Below, piece by piece: positions 9,565 through 19,030 of a stretch of 28,789 nt of DNA. Source of the stretch: a virus (lineage: Duplodnaviria > Caudoviricetes); the IMG/VR virus record IMGVR_UViG_3300020042_008991, positions 1-28,789 of that record. One strand, 5' to 3'. Under the pieces are notes generated by a model. That model was not told the origin of the DNA. It was given only the letters and a program-made list of their open reading frames with translations, and did not search any database. Within the stretch, counting starts at the first letter, position 1; each line of letters begins with the position of its first letter. Both the position numbers and the translations under genes were made by a program.

Positions 9565-11097
9565 ATGACCGATATAACAAAATTCAAGGAGATATTCAGC
9601 GGTCTGGATATCGCCTATGGCACGTACAAAATCAAAGCGGAGCGCGGAGATGGAAAACAAGCCGGACAGGCCACGGTGGTTAGGAAGCCGCCAACAGATG
9701 ACCTCTGGGTCCAACATCTGGAAGGCGTTGAGCCTTCCCTTGGCATTATCCCTATTCGCGCTGATAACAGTTGCATATGGGGCTGCATCGATATTGACCA
9801 GTACCCGATCGACCACAAGGGACTCGTCGAAAGAATAGCGAGCTTGAAGCTCCCGCTTGTTGTATTTAGAAGCAAATCCGGAGGAGCACATGTATTCCTA
9901 TTTACAAAAACGCCTGTTCCAGCACGCGAGTTCCAGACATATCTCAAGAACGCTTCTGCGCTTCTCGGCGAAGCTGGGCGGGAAATATTTCCAAAGCAGG
10001 CTGAGATACTTGTCGAGCGAGGAGACACAGGGAACTTCCTCAACCTCCCCTACTTTGGCGGCAATACCGGCACTCGGTACGCGTTCAACATGGATGGGAC
10101 AGCAGCGACTCTCGAAGAGTTTTACGGCTTGTATGAAGCCAATGTCCAAGATTCGCTCGATCAAGCTCCAGAACCTCCGAAGCAGGCAGAGAGTCCCGTC
10201 AAAGATGGCCCACCTTGTCTACAGGCTTTATGCGCCCAAGGCTTCCCAGAAGGGACGCGCAACAATGGTCTATTCAATATTGCTGTCTATCTTAAGAGGG
10301 CCGCACCCGGCTCTTGGGAGGACAAGCTGGTGGAGTACAACTTCAAATACGTGGCTCCCCCGTTACCAAACAACGAAGTCCAACTTGTGCTTAAGCAAGC
10401 CAACAAAAAGGACTACAACTACAAGTGCAAGGACGCGCCGCTTAACGGCTTCTGCAACTCGGGTCTATGCAGGACTAGGAAGTTCGGCATCGGAGCACAT
10501 TCCCCTGATGCGCCTCAAATAGCCTCTCTCTCCAAGTACGCCAGTGAACCACCCCTGTGGTTCTTGGACGTCAACGGCAAGCGCATAGAGATAGAAACCG
10601 AAGCGCTCTACAACCAAGCAGCATTCCAAAAAGCTTGCCTTGAGAAAATCAACGTAGTTCCACCAACCCTGCGCAAGCAAGACTGGGAGAACCTACTAAA
10701 TGCTTTGCTCAAGGAGATGGTTGAGACAGAACAGATTACCGAAGCATCTGAAGACACCAGCCTTACAGGGCGATTCACCGACCTGTTGGAAGAGTTCTGC
10801 GCGCATATGCAGCAAGCTATGGTGCGCGACGAAATGCTTATGGGCCGACCATGGACGGATGATGAGTCTGCAAAGACCTACTTCCGCATGAAGGACCTAG
10901 AAGCACACCTAAAGCGCAACAACTTTATAGGCCTGTCAGCACCAAAGATGGCCCAGCGCCTGCGCGATATGGGCGGAGAACCCATCAGCATGTTCTTAAA
11001 GAACCGCACGGTCCGTTGCTGGAGCGTGCCTAAGTTCAACAAGCAAGACGCACCATTTGAAACACAAACTAAACGCAACGAGGGGAGCCCTTTCTGA
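9565..11097 (+). CDS. Archaeo-eukaryotic-type primase with PriCT-like domain
   Basis: CIDID (DxD), RSKSGGAH, GNFLNLPY, EGTRNNGLF, Cys cluster CKDAP..FC..LC; no Walker A seen. Confidence 0.8.
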   Translation: MTDITKFKEIFSGLDIAYGTYKIKAERGDGKQAGQATVVRKPPTDDLWVQHLEGVEPSLGIIPIRADNSCIWGCIDIDQYPIDHKGLVERIASLKLPLVVFRSKSGGAHVFLFTKTPVPAREFQTYLKNASALLGEAGREIFPKQAEILVERGDTGNFLNLPYFGGNTGTRYAFNMDGTAATLEEFYGLYEANVQDSLDQAPEPPKQAESPVKDGPPCLQALCAQGFPEGTRNNGLFNIAVYLKRAAPGSWEDKLVEYNFKYVAPPLPNNEVQLVLKQANKKDYNYKCKDAPLNGFCNSGLCRTRKFGIGAHSPDAPQIASLSKYASEPPLWFLDVNGKRIEIETEALYNQAAFQKACLEKINVVPPTLRKQDWENLLNALLKEMVETEQITEASEDTSLTGRFTDLLEEFCAHMQQAMVRDEMLMGRPWTDDESAKTYFRMKDLEAHLKRNNFIGLSAPKMAQRLRDMGGEPISMFLKNRTVRCWSVPKFNKQDAPFETQTKRNEGSPF

Positions 11098-11339
11098 TGT
11101 TAAAAATTGATGGATACGACCACGCAATCATTGGCCCAGCTTTTATCTGGCGCGACCAGTCTGTAGTAGGTGTACTGGTCTACGACGCAGAAAAGATCAG
11201 GGACCACTTGATGACCGAAGACGGCATGGAGATGGATGAAGCGCGTGAATATATTGAGTTCAATATTGAAGGTGCTTACATGGGTGTCCACACGCCGGTG
11301 CTTGTCTGGCCGCATGATCTCTGGGATGAGGAAGAATGA
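11097..11339 (+). CDS. Conserved small acidic phage protein
   Basis: DGYDHAIIG, VYD, EAREYIEFNIEGAYMG..TP; coupled to both neighbours. Confidence 0.8.
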   Translation: MLKIDGYDHAIIGPAFIWRDQSVVGVLVYDAEKIRDHLMTEDGMEMDEAREYIEFNIEGAYMGVHTPVLVWPHDLWDEEE

Positions 11340-12835
11340 GCCATATAAATAAAGTATTTGGACCTCCCGGATCAGGCAAGACCACGTACTTGCTCAATGT
11401 CGTTGAGAAAGAGCTAACGGCAGGTGTGTCTTCGCTTGAGATTGGCTACTTCTCTTTTACCAAGAAGGCGGCTAACGAAGCACGCGACAGGGCTATTGTC
11501 AAGTTCCCCAACCTCAAAGAGAAAACAGACTTCCCGTTCTTTCGCACATTGCACAGCCTAGCGTTTCGTTGCATGTCGGTTAAAGCAGACATGATCATGC
11601 AACCGGAACACTACAAAGAATTTGCAGAGCAAGCAGGGATTGAACTAAACGTCTCGTTTGAAGAAGAGGCAATTGCCAAAGCAGACAACCCTATCTTGAA
11701 CGAGATCAACTTAGCGCGAATCAGGGGAGTCGATTTGCGAGAGCATTACAACCAAAGCGGCTTGGATATCGAGTGGTATCACTTCGAGTTTGTGGAGCGG
11801 TCCTATCGTCATTACAAACGCAGCAAGGATTTGCTCGATTTCACCGATCTGTTGGAAATGGCTGTAGTCGAGCACGATAGATTGCCTAAGTTGGAAGTGT
11901 TGATTGTTGACGAAGCACAGGATTTAAGCCGTTTGCAGTGGCTGATGGTTGAAGCCTTGGCCGCGAAGGCGAAACGGGTCTTCCTTGCCGGAGACGACGA
12001 TCAGGCAGTATTCACTTGGGCCGGTGCAGATGTCAAGAGTTTTCTCTCGTTCCAAGGCAACATCACTATCCTTGATCAGTCCTACCGCGTTCCATCTACG
12101 GTCCACGCATTAGCTAATGCAATCGTGCATCGCATCCGTGAGCGCCAACCAAAGGAATGGAAAGCCCGTGATTTCGAGGGCATGGTCAAAACCTATTACA
12201 GGTTTGAAGATGTGCCCATTGATGAAGGCCAATGGCTCATCATGGCTGCAACAAACTACATGCTCAACCCCGTGCATGAATGGCTGAAGAGTCAAGGTAT
12301 ATTGTTTGAGCGTAGTGGTATCCCCAGCCTGTCTCCAGCAATGATTAAAGCCGTTGTCTACTGGGAGCGCTTGCGCTCAGGTGAAGAAGTAGAAGGTGTG
12401 TATGTTAAAGACGTCTACAAATATCTCGGTGGTGAGTTCGTGGCCCGAGGACACCGGACGTTCAAAGGCGGAGATGATCTGATGCCTTACACGTTAGAGC
12501 ACTTGAAAGAACACCACGGTCTGCAGACTGATGACATCTGGCACACAGCACTGTCCCGCATCCCAGAAGACAAGCGCGAATACCTGATTGCTGTGCTTCG
12601 TCGCAAAACAAAACTATCGACTGCAGGCCGTATCAAACTATCCACGATCCACGGAGCCAAAGGTGGCGAAGCAGACAACGTCATGCTGATGATGGATTTG
12701 TCTCCAAAGTTCGCCAAAGAATATGCAACCAACGGGGACAACGTGCATCGGCTTTTCTATGTGGGCATCACGCGCGCCAAACAATCATTGCACTTAGTGC
12801 TACCAAAATTCCAAGACAAAGGCTTCCGATTATGA
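11336..12835 (+). CDS. UvrD/Rep-family (SF1) helicase
   Basis: GPPGSGKT, DEAQD, GDDDQ, QSYR, STIHGAKGGEAD, RLFYVGITRAK. Confidence 0.93.
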   Translation: MSHINKVFGPPGSGKTTYLLNVVEKELTAGVSSLEIGYFSFTKKAANEARDRAIVKFPNLKEKTDFPFFRTLHSLAFRCMSVKADMIMQPEHYKEFAEQAGIELNVSFEEEAIAKADNPILNEINLARIRGVDLREHYNQSGLDIEWYHFEFVERSYRHYKRSKDLLDFTDLLEMAVVEHDRLPKLEVLIVDEAQDLSRLQWLMVEALAAKAKRVFLAGDDDQAVFTWAGADVKSFLSFQGNITILDQSYRVPSTVHALANAIVHRIRERQPKEWKARDFEGMVKTYYRFEDVPIDEGQWLIMAATNYMLNPVHEWLKSQGILFERSGIPSLSPAMIKAVVYWERLRSGEEVEGVYVKDVYKYLGGEFVARGHRTFKGGDDLMPYTLEHLKEHHGLQTDDIWHTALSRIPEDKREYLIAVLRRKTKLSTAGRIKLSTIHGAKGGEADNVMLMMDLSPKFAKEYATNGDNVHRLFYVGITRAKQSLHLVLPKFQDKGFRL

Positions 12836-14697
12836 AAACGCTACCCATGTTTCCAACTCAGACAGAATGGGTTCCTCCACAGACTTTTCCTAATCTATCC
12901 AACGCTAAGGAGATTGCAATTGACCTCGAAACATGCGACCCCCATATGGAATCTTTTGGACCGGGCTGGCCCCGTAACGACGGTTTTATTGTTGGCTATG
13001 CTATTGCCGTTGAAGGATGGTCTGGCTACTATCCTATTGCCCATCAAGGAGGCGGTAACCTCGACAAGCGACTCGTCGAAAGATGGATCACAGACGTCCT
13101 CAAAACGCCTGCCGACAAGATTATGCATAACGCCGCCTACGACCTCGGCTGGCTCAAAGCCTCGGGATTCGAGGTCTCGGGGACGATCTATGACACCATG
13201 TTGGCTGCGCCACTCCTCGATGAGAATCGTTTTAGTTTCGCCCTCAATTCATTGGGCTTCGATTTCGTACAAGAGGTCAAGTCAGAGCAAAGTCTAAAAC
13301 AAGCTGCTGCAGACTTCGGTGTGCATCCAAAGAAAGAACTCTGGAAGCTCCCCGCCATGTATGTGGGTGACTACGCTGAACAGGACGCCGCACTTACGCT
13401 AAAGCTTTGGCAAGCATTCAAGATCAAAATGCGCATAGAAGATGTTGAATCCATCTTCCAACTGGAGACTGAAGTCTTCCCAGTTCTTTTCAACATGACC
13501 TACCGTGGTATTCGGTTTGATCGCAAGAAGTGCGAGCAACTGATCAACCAGCTCATCACCCGTGAAAAGCAACTACATACCGAACTCAAAAGGATTTGCG
13601 GAAGCTCCGTCGATATCTGGGCCGCCCAATCTATCGCCATAGCATTCGACAAGCTTGGCATTCAATACGGCAAGACAACCAATGGTCTTCCCAGCTTTAC
13701 AAAAGGATTCTTAGACTCCTGTGAGCACCCCGTAGCCAAGATGATTGTGGAAGCGCGCGAGACAAACAAAACACATAGCACGTTCCTCCAGCCTTATCTG
13801 GACTTCAGTGCCAAGACCGGCCGCATTCATCCGCATGTGAATCAGATGCGCTCAGATGATGGGGGCACCGTCACCGGACGTCTGTCCATGGCCAACCCCA
13901 ATCTGCAGCAAGTGCCCGCCCGCCATGAAGTCATCGGCCCCATGGTCCGCTCCCTGTTCCTGCCAGAAGAAGGTGAACTCTGGGCATCCAACGACTTCAG
14001 TTCCCAAGAACCGCGCTTGCTTGTCCACTATGCAAACCTCCTCTCCCTACCCGGGGCCGAGACCATGGTGCAGGCCTATCAGAACGATCCCGACACTGAC
14101 TTCCATCAGATGGTTGCAGACATGGCTGGAATCAAGCGTAAGGCCGCTAAAACGATTGGTCTAGGGCTGATGTACGGTATGGGTAAAAACAAGCTTGCTG
14201 GGCAGCTAGATTTGTCTCTGGACGAGGCCTCTGAGCTCATCGAGCAGTTCCATAAGAACGTGCCATTCCTAAAAGGCACCGTCAACGCCGTGATGAAACG
14301 AATTGATCACCCAGCATCAGGCGGGGCCATCCGGACATTGCTGGGACGCAAATGCCGCTTCCCTCTGTGGGAACCGATGGAGTGGGGAGTCAACAAGGCG
14401 ATGCCACATGCACAGGCAATCATTGAATACGGCGCAAGGATCAAGCGCGCGGGTACCTACAAGGGATTAAACAGGCTTATCCAAGGGTCAGCCGCAGACC
14501 AGACCAAAGCAGCCATGGTGGCGCTACACAAAGCGGGCTACAAACCTATTTTGCAAGTGCATGATGAGCTGGCGCTCAGTGTCAGGAACAGGGAAGAGGC
14601 GGAGGCTGCAGCAGAGATCATGGCCCAAGCAGCACGGCTAGAGGTGCCCAGCCGTTGTGACGTGGAAGTTGGACCAAGCTGGGGTGAAGCGAAGTAA
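12832..14697 (+). CDS. polA: Family A DNA polymerase with 3'-5' exonuclease domain
   Basis: Exo motifs DLET, HNAAYD, YAEQDA; motif A DFSSQEPR, motif B RKAAKTIGLGLMYG, motif C QVHDEL. Confidence 0.96.
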   Translation: MKTLPMFPTQTEWVPPQTFPNLSNAKEIAIDLETCDPHMESFGPGWPRNDGFIVGYAIAVEGWSGYYPIAHQGGGNLDKRLVERWITDVLKTPADKIMHNAAYDLGWLKASGFEVSGTIYDTMLAAPLLDENRFSFALNSLGFDFVQEVKSEQSLKQAAADFGVHPKKELWKLPAMYVGDYAEQDAALTLKLWQAFKIKMRIEDVESIFQLETEVFPVLFNMTYRGIRFDRKKCEQLINQLITREKQLHTELKRICGSSVDIWAAQSIAIAFDKLGIQYGKTTNGLPSFTKGFLDSCEHPVAKMIVEARETNKTHSTFLQPYLDFSAKTGRIHPHVNQMRSDDGGTVTGRLSMANPNLQQVPARHEVIGPMVRSLFLPEEGELWASNDFSSQEPRLLVHYANLLSLPGAETMVQAYQNDPDTDFHQMVADMAGIKRKAAKTIGLGLMYGMGKNKLAGQLDLSLDEASELIEQFHKNVPFLKGTVNAVMKRIDHPASGGAIRTLLGRKCRFPLWEPMEWGVNKAMPHAQAIIEYGARIKRAGTYKGLNRLIQGSAADQTKAAMVALHKAGYKPILQVHDELALSVRNREEAEAAAEIMAQAARLEVPSRCDVEVGPSWGEAK

Positions 14698-14722
14698 AAG
14701 AAAGGGCCCCGCGAGGGGCCCT
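14696..14722 (-). terminator. Intrinsic terminator where the two operons converge (U tract on - strand; possibly bidirectional)
   Basis: AAAAGAA then AGGGCCCC-GCGA-GGGGCCCT. Confidence 0.75.
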
Positions 14723-14742
14723 ATTAACATCCAAAGGAATCA

Positions 14743-15036
14743 TCAAGGAAACAGTTTGGATTTTATACGCTGCCACAGACTTGGCAAGGGTTTGACGTCC
14801 TCAAACAGGTCTAATTGTGTTAATTTGAATAGGTATTCACCCTTACCCCGCCCAGCAATGATCTCCGCATGCAACTGATGGTGGGCAGCTAAATACAAAG
14901 CAGCACGGCGGGTGATGGATATGGGCATCTTGGTCAGCTTGGCCAATTCACTGGTCTTGGCCTGATAACCGTTTTTCCTCAAAGCATCCAAAACCTTCTT
15001 GCGCGCCTGTGGTCCGGTAATGGTGAATTTGTTCAT
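14743..15036 (-). CDS. Winged helix-turn-helix-like DNA-binding protein
   Basis: KVLDALRK..AKTSELAKLTKMPISITRRAA pattern then a beta wing; amphipathic tail LWQRIKSKLF. Confidence 0.55.
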   Translation of the reverse strand: MNKFTITGPQARKKVLDALRKNGYQAKTSELAKLTKMPISITRRAALYLAAHHQLHAEIIAGRGKGEYLFKLTQLDLFEDVKPLPSLWQRIKSKLFP

Positions 15037-15509
15037 CGCTCAACCCCCTGCAGCCGGTCAGAGACCAACTTGGCATACCCAGCAATGTCAACCCAGTGGT
15101 CTACAACGTCAGGGTTGCCGTTGACGATGCGGCCAATCTTGTGGACGATCATCTCCAGCGCTTCCCACTGGTCATCGGCAAAGGTCTTGTCATGCTTTTG
15201 CGCATGGTTGGCCATCTGGCGTTTGATACCCTGCATCAAAGCAGCGCCGTCTTTGAATTTACCGTAGCTCATTGCCCGCGTGTCAAGGGTCTCATCTACG
15301 TCAACAGGCTTCTCAACCTCAGCCACAATCTTTTGCCAAGACGTTAATGGTGGAACATCCAGCGGATTAGGCACGATAAGTTCAGTCAGTGCTTGTTTGC
15401 GTATCTTGTAGACCATAGGCAATGACGCCTTGAACTTGGTGGCCACTGCGCGAACAGGGGCCGAGGGGCGCTTCATAAAATGAGCCATGATTTTTTCAGT
15501 TTTCGTCAT
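15033..15509 (-). CDS. DUF6378-like domain protein with HTH-like N-terminus
   Basis: TLDTRAMSYG, KIGRIVNG, DHWVDIAGYA motifs. Confidence 0.75.
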   Translation of the reverse strand: MTKTEKIMAHFMKRPSAPVRAVATKFKASLPMVYKIRKQALTELIVPNPLDVPPLTSWQKIVAEVEKPVDVDETLDTRAMSYGKFKDGAALMQGIKRQMANHAQKHDKTFADDQWEALEMIVHKIGRIVNGNPDVVDHWVDIAGYAKLVSDRLQGVER

Positions 15510-15982
15510 ACGTTTTCTTCCTTTTTGATGATGGGCCGTGCCCGATGGTGACGGATTTCGTTGTGCACGATATCTATCGCTCTTTCTAGTTCTGCTACAG
15601 TGCAGGCTTCTAATTGGGCATCATGAATCTCCATGCCCAAATTCAATGAGGTGAGCTCGGGTCCACGCAGAATAAACTTGCCAGTCTCCGCTCCTCTGCT
15701 TCCCACAGCAAAAAGAGCGTCCTGCGCGGCCCGAATCTCATCCCTCCAATCGTCTCCAATCCGCATACGAATCAGCGCTTCCGCCATATTCACTGCAGCA
15801 ATCAGGACGTCTATATCTTTACGTTGTGCCAACCCCTTGCGCACGTTTTCTAATGCGTCATGGTTCATAATCATCAACGTCGTACCGGAACTCAGGTCCC
15901 CAACCTTCTTCATCCCAGAAATGACATGGGACATCGGATCACGGATCACGCCTTTAGGCCGGTACTTCGAGCGTTTTCTCAT
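15506..15982 (-). CDS. Phage hypothetical protein
   Basis: Basic N-terminus MRKRSKYRPK; IHDAQL motif; ATGA-coupled on both sides. Confidence 0.75.
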   Translation of the reverse strand: MRKRSKYRPKGVIRDPMSHVISGMKKVGDLSSGTTLMIMNHDALENVRKGLAQRKDIDVLIAAVNMAEALIRMRIGDDWRDEIRAAQDALFAVGSRGAETGKFILRGPELTSLNLGMEIHDAQLEACTVAELERAIDIVHNEIRHHRARPIIKKEENV

Positions 15983-16473
15983 GCTCTGTATCCCCGCCTA
16001 TACCCAGCCATATCAAGTTTTGTTAAGACTGCGTTTGCATCGCCAATCTCTAAAAAGCACGCTATGCTGTTAGCCTCTTTCACGGCATCTTGAATCTCTT
16101 TCTCTAGCCTCTCTATCTCAGGGCGATTAGCTTCAGACTTCTCTTTAAGAATAAGACACGCTTTCTCAAACCTAGACGAAATTTCAGCAATACGATCTAC
16201 TTCCTCTTGTCTAACTCGTTCCTTCTCAGCGAATAGGTTCATTGCATGCAGCCCTTCTTCTGTAACGAACCAGCCTTCACGCAACACACCGCTATCGTCT
16301 GTGTAGTCTTTTTGCTTTATCCACATACATCGGATCAGGGCACCAAGTGTCTTACTTGATCTCCCTTGTTGAACAATCTTTACGATTGAGTTTGTCTCGT
16401 TGATCTCTTTCAGCGTTTCATACTGCACCACACTTGTGTACTTGTTTAGTGCGGGTAAATTCTTATGGCTCAT
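15979..16473 (-). CDS. Hypothetical protein
   Basis: 164-aa ORF, ATGA-coupled on both sides. Confidence 0.7.
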   Translation of the reverse strand: MSHKNLPALNKYTSVVQYETLKEINETNSIVKIVQQGRSSKTLGALIRCMWIKQKDYTDDSGVLREGWFVTEEGLHAMNLFAEKERVRQEEVDRIAEISSRFEKACLILKEKSEANRPEIERLEKEIQDAVKEANSIACFLEIGDANAVLTKLDMAGYRRGYRA

Positions 16474-16577
16474 AACGGTGCATCCGGCAATTTATTGCGC
16501 TGTTGTTGCTGGTATTGTTCTTCCTGTGCCTTGGACCAAGGAACAGGGCCTGTAGGGGGTGGAAAGGGCCACGTCAT
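16470..16577 (-). CDS. 35-aa protein MTWPFPPPTGPVPWSKAQEEQYQQQQRNKLPDAPL (not in ORF track)
   Basis: SD AAGGAG; fills the gap exactly with ATGA overlaps at both ends. Confidence 0.7.
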   Translation of the reverse strand: MTWPFPPPTGPVPWSKAQEEQYQQQQRNKLPDAPL

Positions 16578-17206
16578 GTGTTCTTCTCCTTAATATCGTA
16601 AAACCAATCATCCCCCGCACTCCACTTGCGTGTGCCGTCTACTGTCCAAAAGGTTTGTGCAGCTTGGAAGTCAGGGAACTTTGTGTCAGCCGGAATCAAA
16701 GACTGGTCATACCAAAGACAGCGATTGTTTGGCTGACAAGCAAACTGGCCGTTGTCCAGCGCTATCCAGTTAAAAGATTTATGTTCTTCTGCTTGCTCTG
16801 TAAAGCCTGTGTCTAACACCATCTCGTCAGCACAGAAATCAACGGTAAACAAGTAGCGCCCAAAATGCCACTCCTTGTCTTTGCCAAGGAACTTCACGCC
16901 AAGGTTACGTAAGCCAATCTTCTCAACAATGGTGAACCGATAACCCATGCAGTCCCACAACTGCAAAGTATCAATAGGTAAATCGCCTGCGTCTTCTTTC
17001 CACACATAGGCGTGAATTGGTAGCTTGTCATATAACGCACCATAATTTGGCAGCAAAGACTCAATGCGGAACACTTGGCCACGCAAGGCTTTCAGTGATA
17101 CCCAAATGGCGGGTTCCAGTTCACCGTAGCCCTTTTGAAAGTTATATAAAAACTCGCGTTTAACAAAGCATTTCAAAGGAGGCAAAGATGCCACTATGTA
17201 GCTCAT
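16574..17206 (-). CDS. Conserved aquatic-phage hypothetical protein, 210 aa
   Basis: Start MSYIVASLPP at 17206 after AAGGAG; YGALYDKLPI, LQLWDC, EHKS, GQFACQPNNR motifs. Confidence 0.8.
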   Translation of the reverse strand: MSYIVASLPPLKCFVKREFLYNFQKGYGELEPAIWVSLKALRGQVFRIESLLPNYGALYDKLPIHAYVWKEDAGDLPIDTLQLWDCMGYRFTIVEKIGLRNLGVKFLGKDKEWHFGRYLFTVDFCADEMVLDTGFTEQAEEHKSFNWIALDNGQFACQPNNRCLWYDQSLIPADTKFPDFQAAQTFWTVDGTRKWSAGDDWFYDIKEKNT

Positions 17207-17439
17207 GTGTTGCGCTCCTTTAATTTGGCTTCGATGTCCCTGACCATTTCCAATATGGTGGAGCGCCCAGCCCCACACTGAAAATCTTCCCAGTCCCAGT
17301 AGCCTTCAACCTCCTCATCCGTCAACCCAACCCAAGGCTTCTTGTACTCTTGGATGTCATCGTCATCTTCATGTCTTGGCTTACGCAAGATAACCTTGTC
17401 AGGGTCTGTTGGATGGTCTTCAAAGGTTGCACTAGCCAT
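17203..17439 (-). CDS. Small protein with WVGLTDEE...IEAKLKERN module
   Basis: Start at 17439 after AAGGAG; coupled. Confidence 0.7.
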   Translation of the reverse strand: MASATFEDHPTDPDKVILRKPRHEDDDDIQEYKKPWVGLTDEEVEGYWDWEDFQCGAGRSTILEMVRDIEAKLKERNT

Positions 17440-17671
17440 TGTTCTTCTCCTTGAGTTCTTGTTTTGCATGTTTGGCATCCATGCAAGCCTTGCATACGTA
17501 TTTACAAAGAGTCCCCGTAATTTTTAGTAGTGCCCCTTGTTCAAACACGGATTCCTTTTGGCATTGCCAGCACATCCTCTTCTTATGCTTCCGTCTTTGG
17601 TTCTCGGCTAACACCCCTTTTACCGCGAATACATTTTGAGACAGCATATCAAAGCTTGTGCCTCTAGCCAT
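17432..17671 (-). CDS. Small zinc-ribbon protein
   Basis: CWQC and CKAC pairs; SD AAGGAG. Confidence 0.7.
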   Translation of the reverse strand: MARGTSFDMLSQNVFAVKGVLAENQRRKHKKRMCWQCQKESVFEQGALLKITGTLCKYVCKACMDAKHAKQELKEKNNG

Positions 17672-18062
17672 AGTTCTTCTCCTTCAATGCTTTCTCAATG
17701 GCATTTGCAAAATCAACCCAAAACGAATCTTCTCTTGACGTCGCGTTGTGTAAGCTGGAGTAAACAAAACTCTGCTCATCCCTTGTCAGCCCTACCCATG
17801 TGCGCTGTGGTGCAGCACCTAACAAGTACAAGACTGTCTCTTTGCTATCTTGCGTCAACAGCCAACGAACAACGTCAGCCGTTGAGTGTCCGTCATTAAT
17901 TGTGAAACTGCCGTCAGGGTTTTGTTTAATTTCGGTTTTGATTTCGCTCACGTCGTTTCCTTCACGCAGTTCGTCAAGTGTGAGGCAATGCAAATCCACA
18001 GCCTTTTGGTATTCTTCTTTCCAATCAGGCGTGTAATCCAAGCCAATTTCGTTCTCGTTCAT
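17664..18062 (-). CDS. Hypothetical protein with C-terminal WVGLT...AIEKALKEKN module
   Basis: Coupled ORF sharing a module with 17203-17439. Confidence 0.7.
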   Translation of the reverse strand: MNENEIGLDYTPDWKEEYQKAVDLHCLTLDELREGNDVSEIKTEIKQNPDGSFTINDGHSTADVVRWLLTQDSKETVLYLLGAAPQRTWVGLTRDEQSFVYSSLHNATSREDSFWVDFANAIEKALKEKNYG

Positions 18063-18289
18063 TTCTCTATTTCCTTAATGTTGTGGAAGGCTTCAATTGC
18101 GTTGACTATTTTTCTGCCTTGTTTTGATACAGGGCCAGCGCCGCCATTGAGTCCAAAGTAATAACGCAAAGTTTCATCGGCCAAAATCTGTTTATCTGTC
18201 AGAGGCTTGCGCTTTGGAGTTGTTGAACATGGTTCATCGCACAAAGATTGACAAGGCTCGTTTCCAATTGGGCAGTAATCTGGCCTCAT
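18059..18289 (-). CDS. Small Cys-containing protein with KPLTD...AIEAFHNI module
   Basis: ATG at 18289 overlaps the upstream stop; SD GGAGAG. Confidence 0.65.
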   Translation of the reverse strand: MRPDYCPIGNEPCQSLCDEPCSTTPKRKPLTDKQILADETLRYYFGLNGGAGPVSKQGRKIVNAIEAFHNIKEIEK

Positions 18290-18618
18290 GCATCTCTCCC
18301 TGTCTGATCCATCATCACCGTTCTTGCCAGCGCCTCGCACGTTGGGCAGGGTGGTGGTATGGTGTAGAGAGCAACAGGCTTATATGCGCTTGATGGTTTC
18401 TTCCATCGGAAATACTTGTGACCTACTGCGTTTTCACACAAATACGCCACAGGCTCTTGCTCTGGCTGTGCCAAGGCTTCTTTGATGGCGGTGATGGCGG
18501 CTCTATGTTGCTGATAGGCTTTTTCGCCTTTTTTGATTTGGCTTTCGCTAGATTCAGGAAACCCAATATGAAGCGCAAATTGCAACGCCTCAAGCGCCAG
18601 TTCTAATGCTTGTCTCAT
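18286..18618 (-). CDS. Small protein with ALELALEAL...ALAQPEQEPVA module
   Basis: Coupled ORF; module seen in proteobacterial phage accessory genes. Confidence 0.7.
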   Translation of the reverse strand: MRQALELALEALQFALHIGFPESSESQIKKGEKAYQQHRAAITAIKEALAQPEQEPVAYLCENAVGHKYFRWKKPSSAYKPVALYTIPPPCPTCEALARTVMMDQTGRDA

Positions 18619-18812
18619 GTGTTCTTCTCCAGCTCAGCAACCCTGTCAGACAAGACGCGCACTAGCTCCGTGAGTATGGTCACCTCCGCCATAAGCTGCT
18701 CCCTCGTTGGATGTTTAATCCCGCGAATAGATTCCTGCTTGGCCTTGCTCTCGCGCTCCACACGGTTAAATTCTTCCCACTCTTCTGGTGTTGCTTCAGT
18801 CGCTTCAGTCAT
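18615..18812 (-). CDS. Hypothetical protein
   Basis: ATGA-coupled on both sides. Confidence 0.65.
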   Translation of the reverse strand: MTEATEATPEEWEEFNRVERESKAKQESIRGIKHPTREQLMAEVTILTELVRVLSDRVAELEKNT

Positions 18813-19030
18813 GCTTGTCCCCTTGCTCTGATTAAATCAGCAAGATGTTTCAAAAGTGATTCATCTTCTGGCGTTATGTCATCACGGCCTGCATAATCAA
18901 AAACAATATTCCAGCACGCCTCACGCTCGGCTTCTATCGCGGGCTTAAGCATATCAATCGCTGTCTCATGCAACTTTTGTTGTATCTCTAACATCCCTGT
19001 CAACTTGGCAATCTGTTCTTCGTGTGTCAT
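18809..19030 (-). CDS. Hypothetical protein with AEREAC...IRARG module
   Basis: Coupled; SD GGAGAG. Confidence 0.7.
   Translation of the reverse strand: MTHEEQIAKLTGMLEIQQKLHETAIDMLKPAIEAEREACWNIVFDYAGRDDITPEDESLLKHLADLIRARGQA

Noticed and set aside
10326-10333. E. coli Chi site GCTGGTGG
   Set aside because: Isolated occurrence inside a coding region, compatible with chance
9615-14164. Alternate-frame ORFs in the replication genes (e.g. 9857-10522)
   Set aside because: Overlap genes with intact catalytic motifs; no independent support
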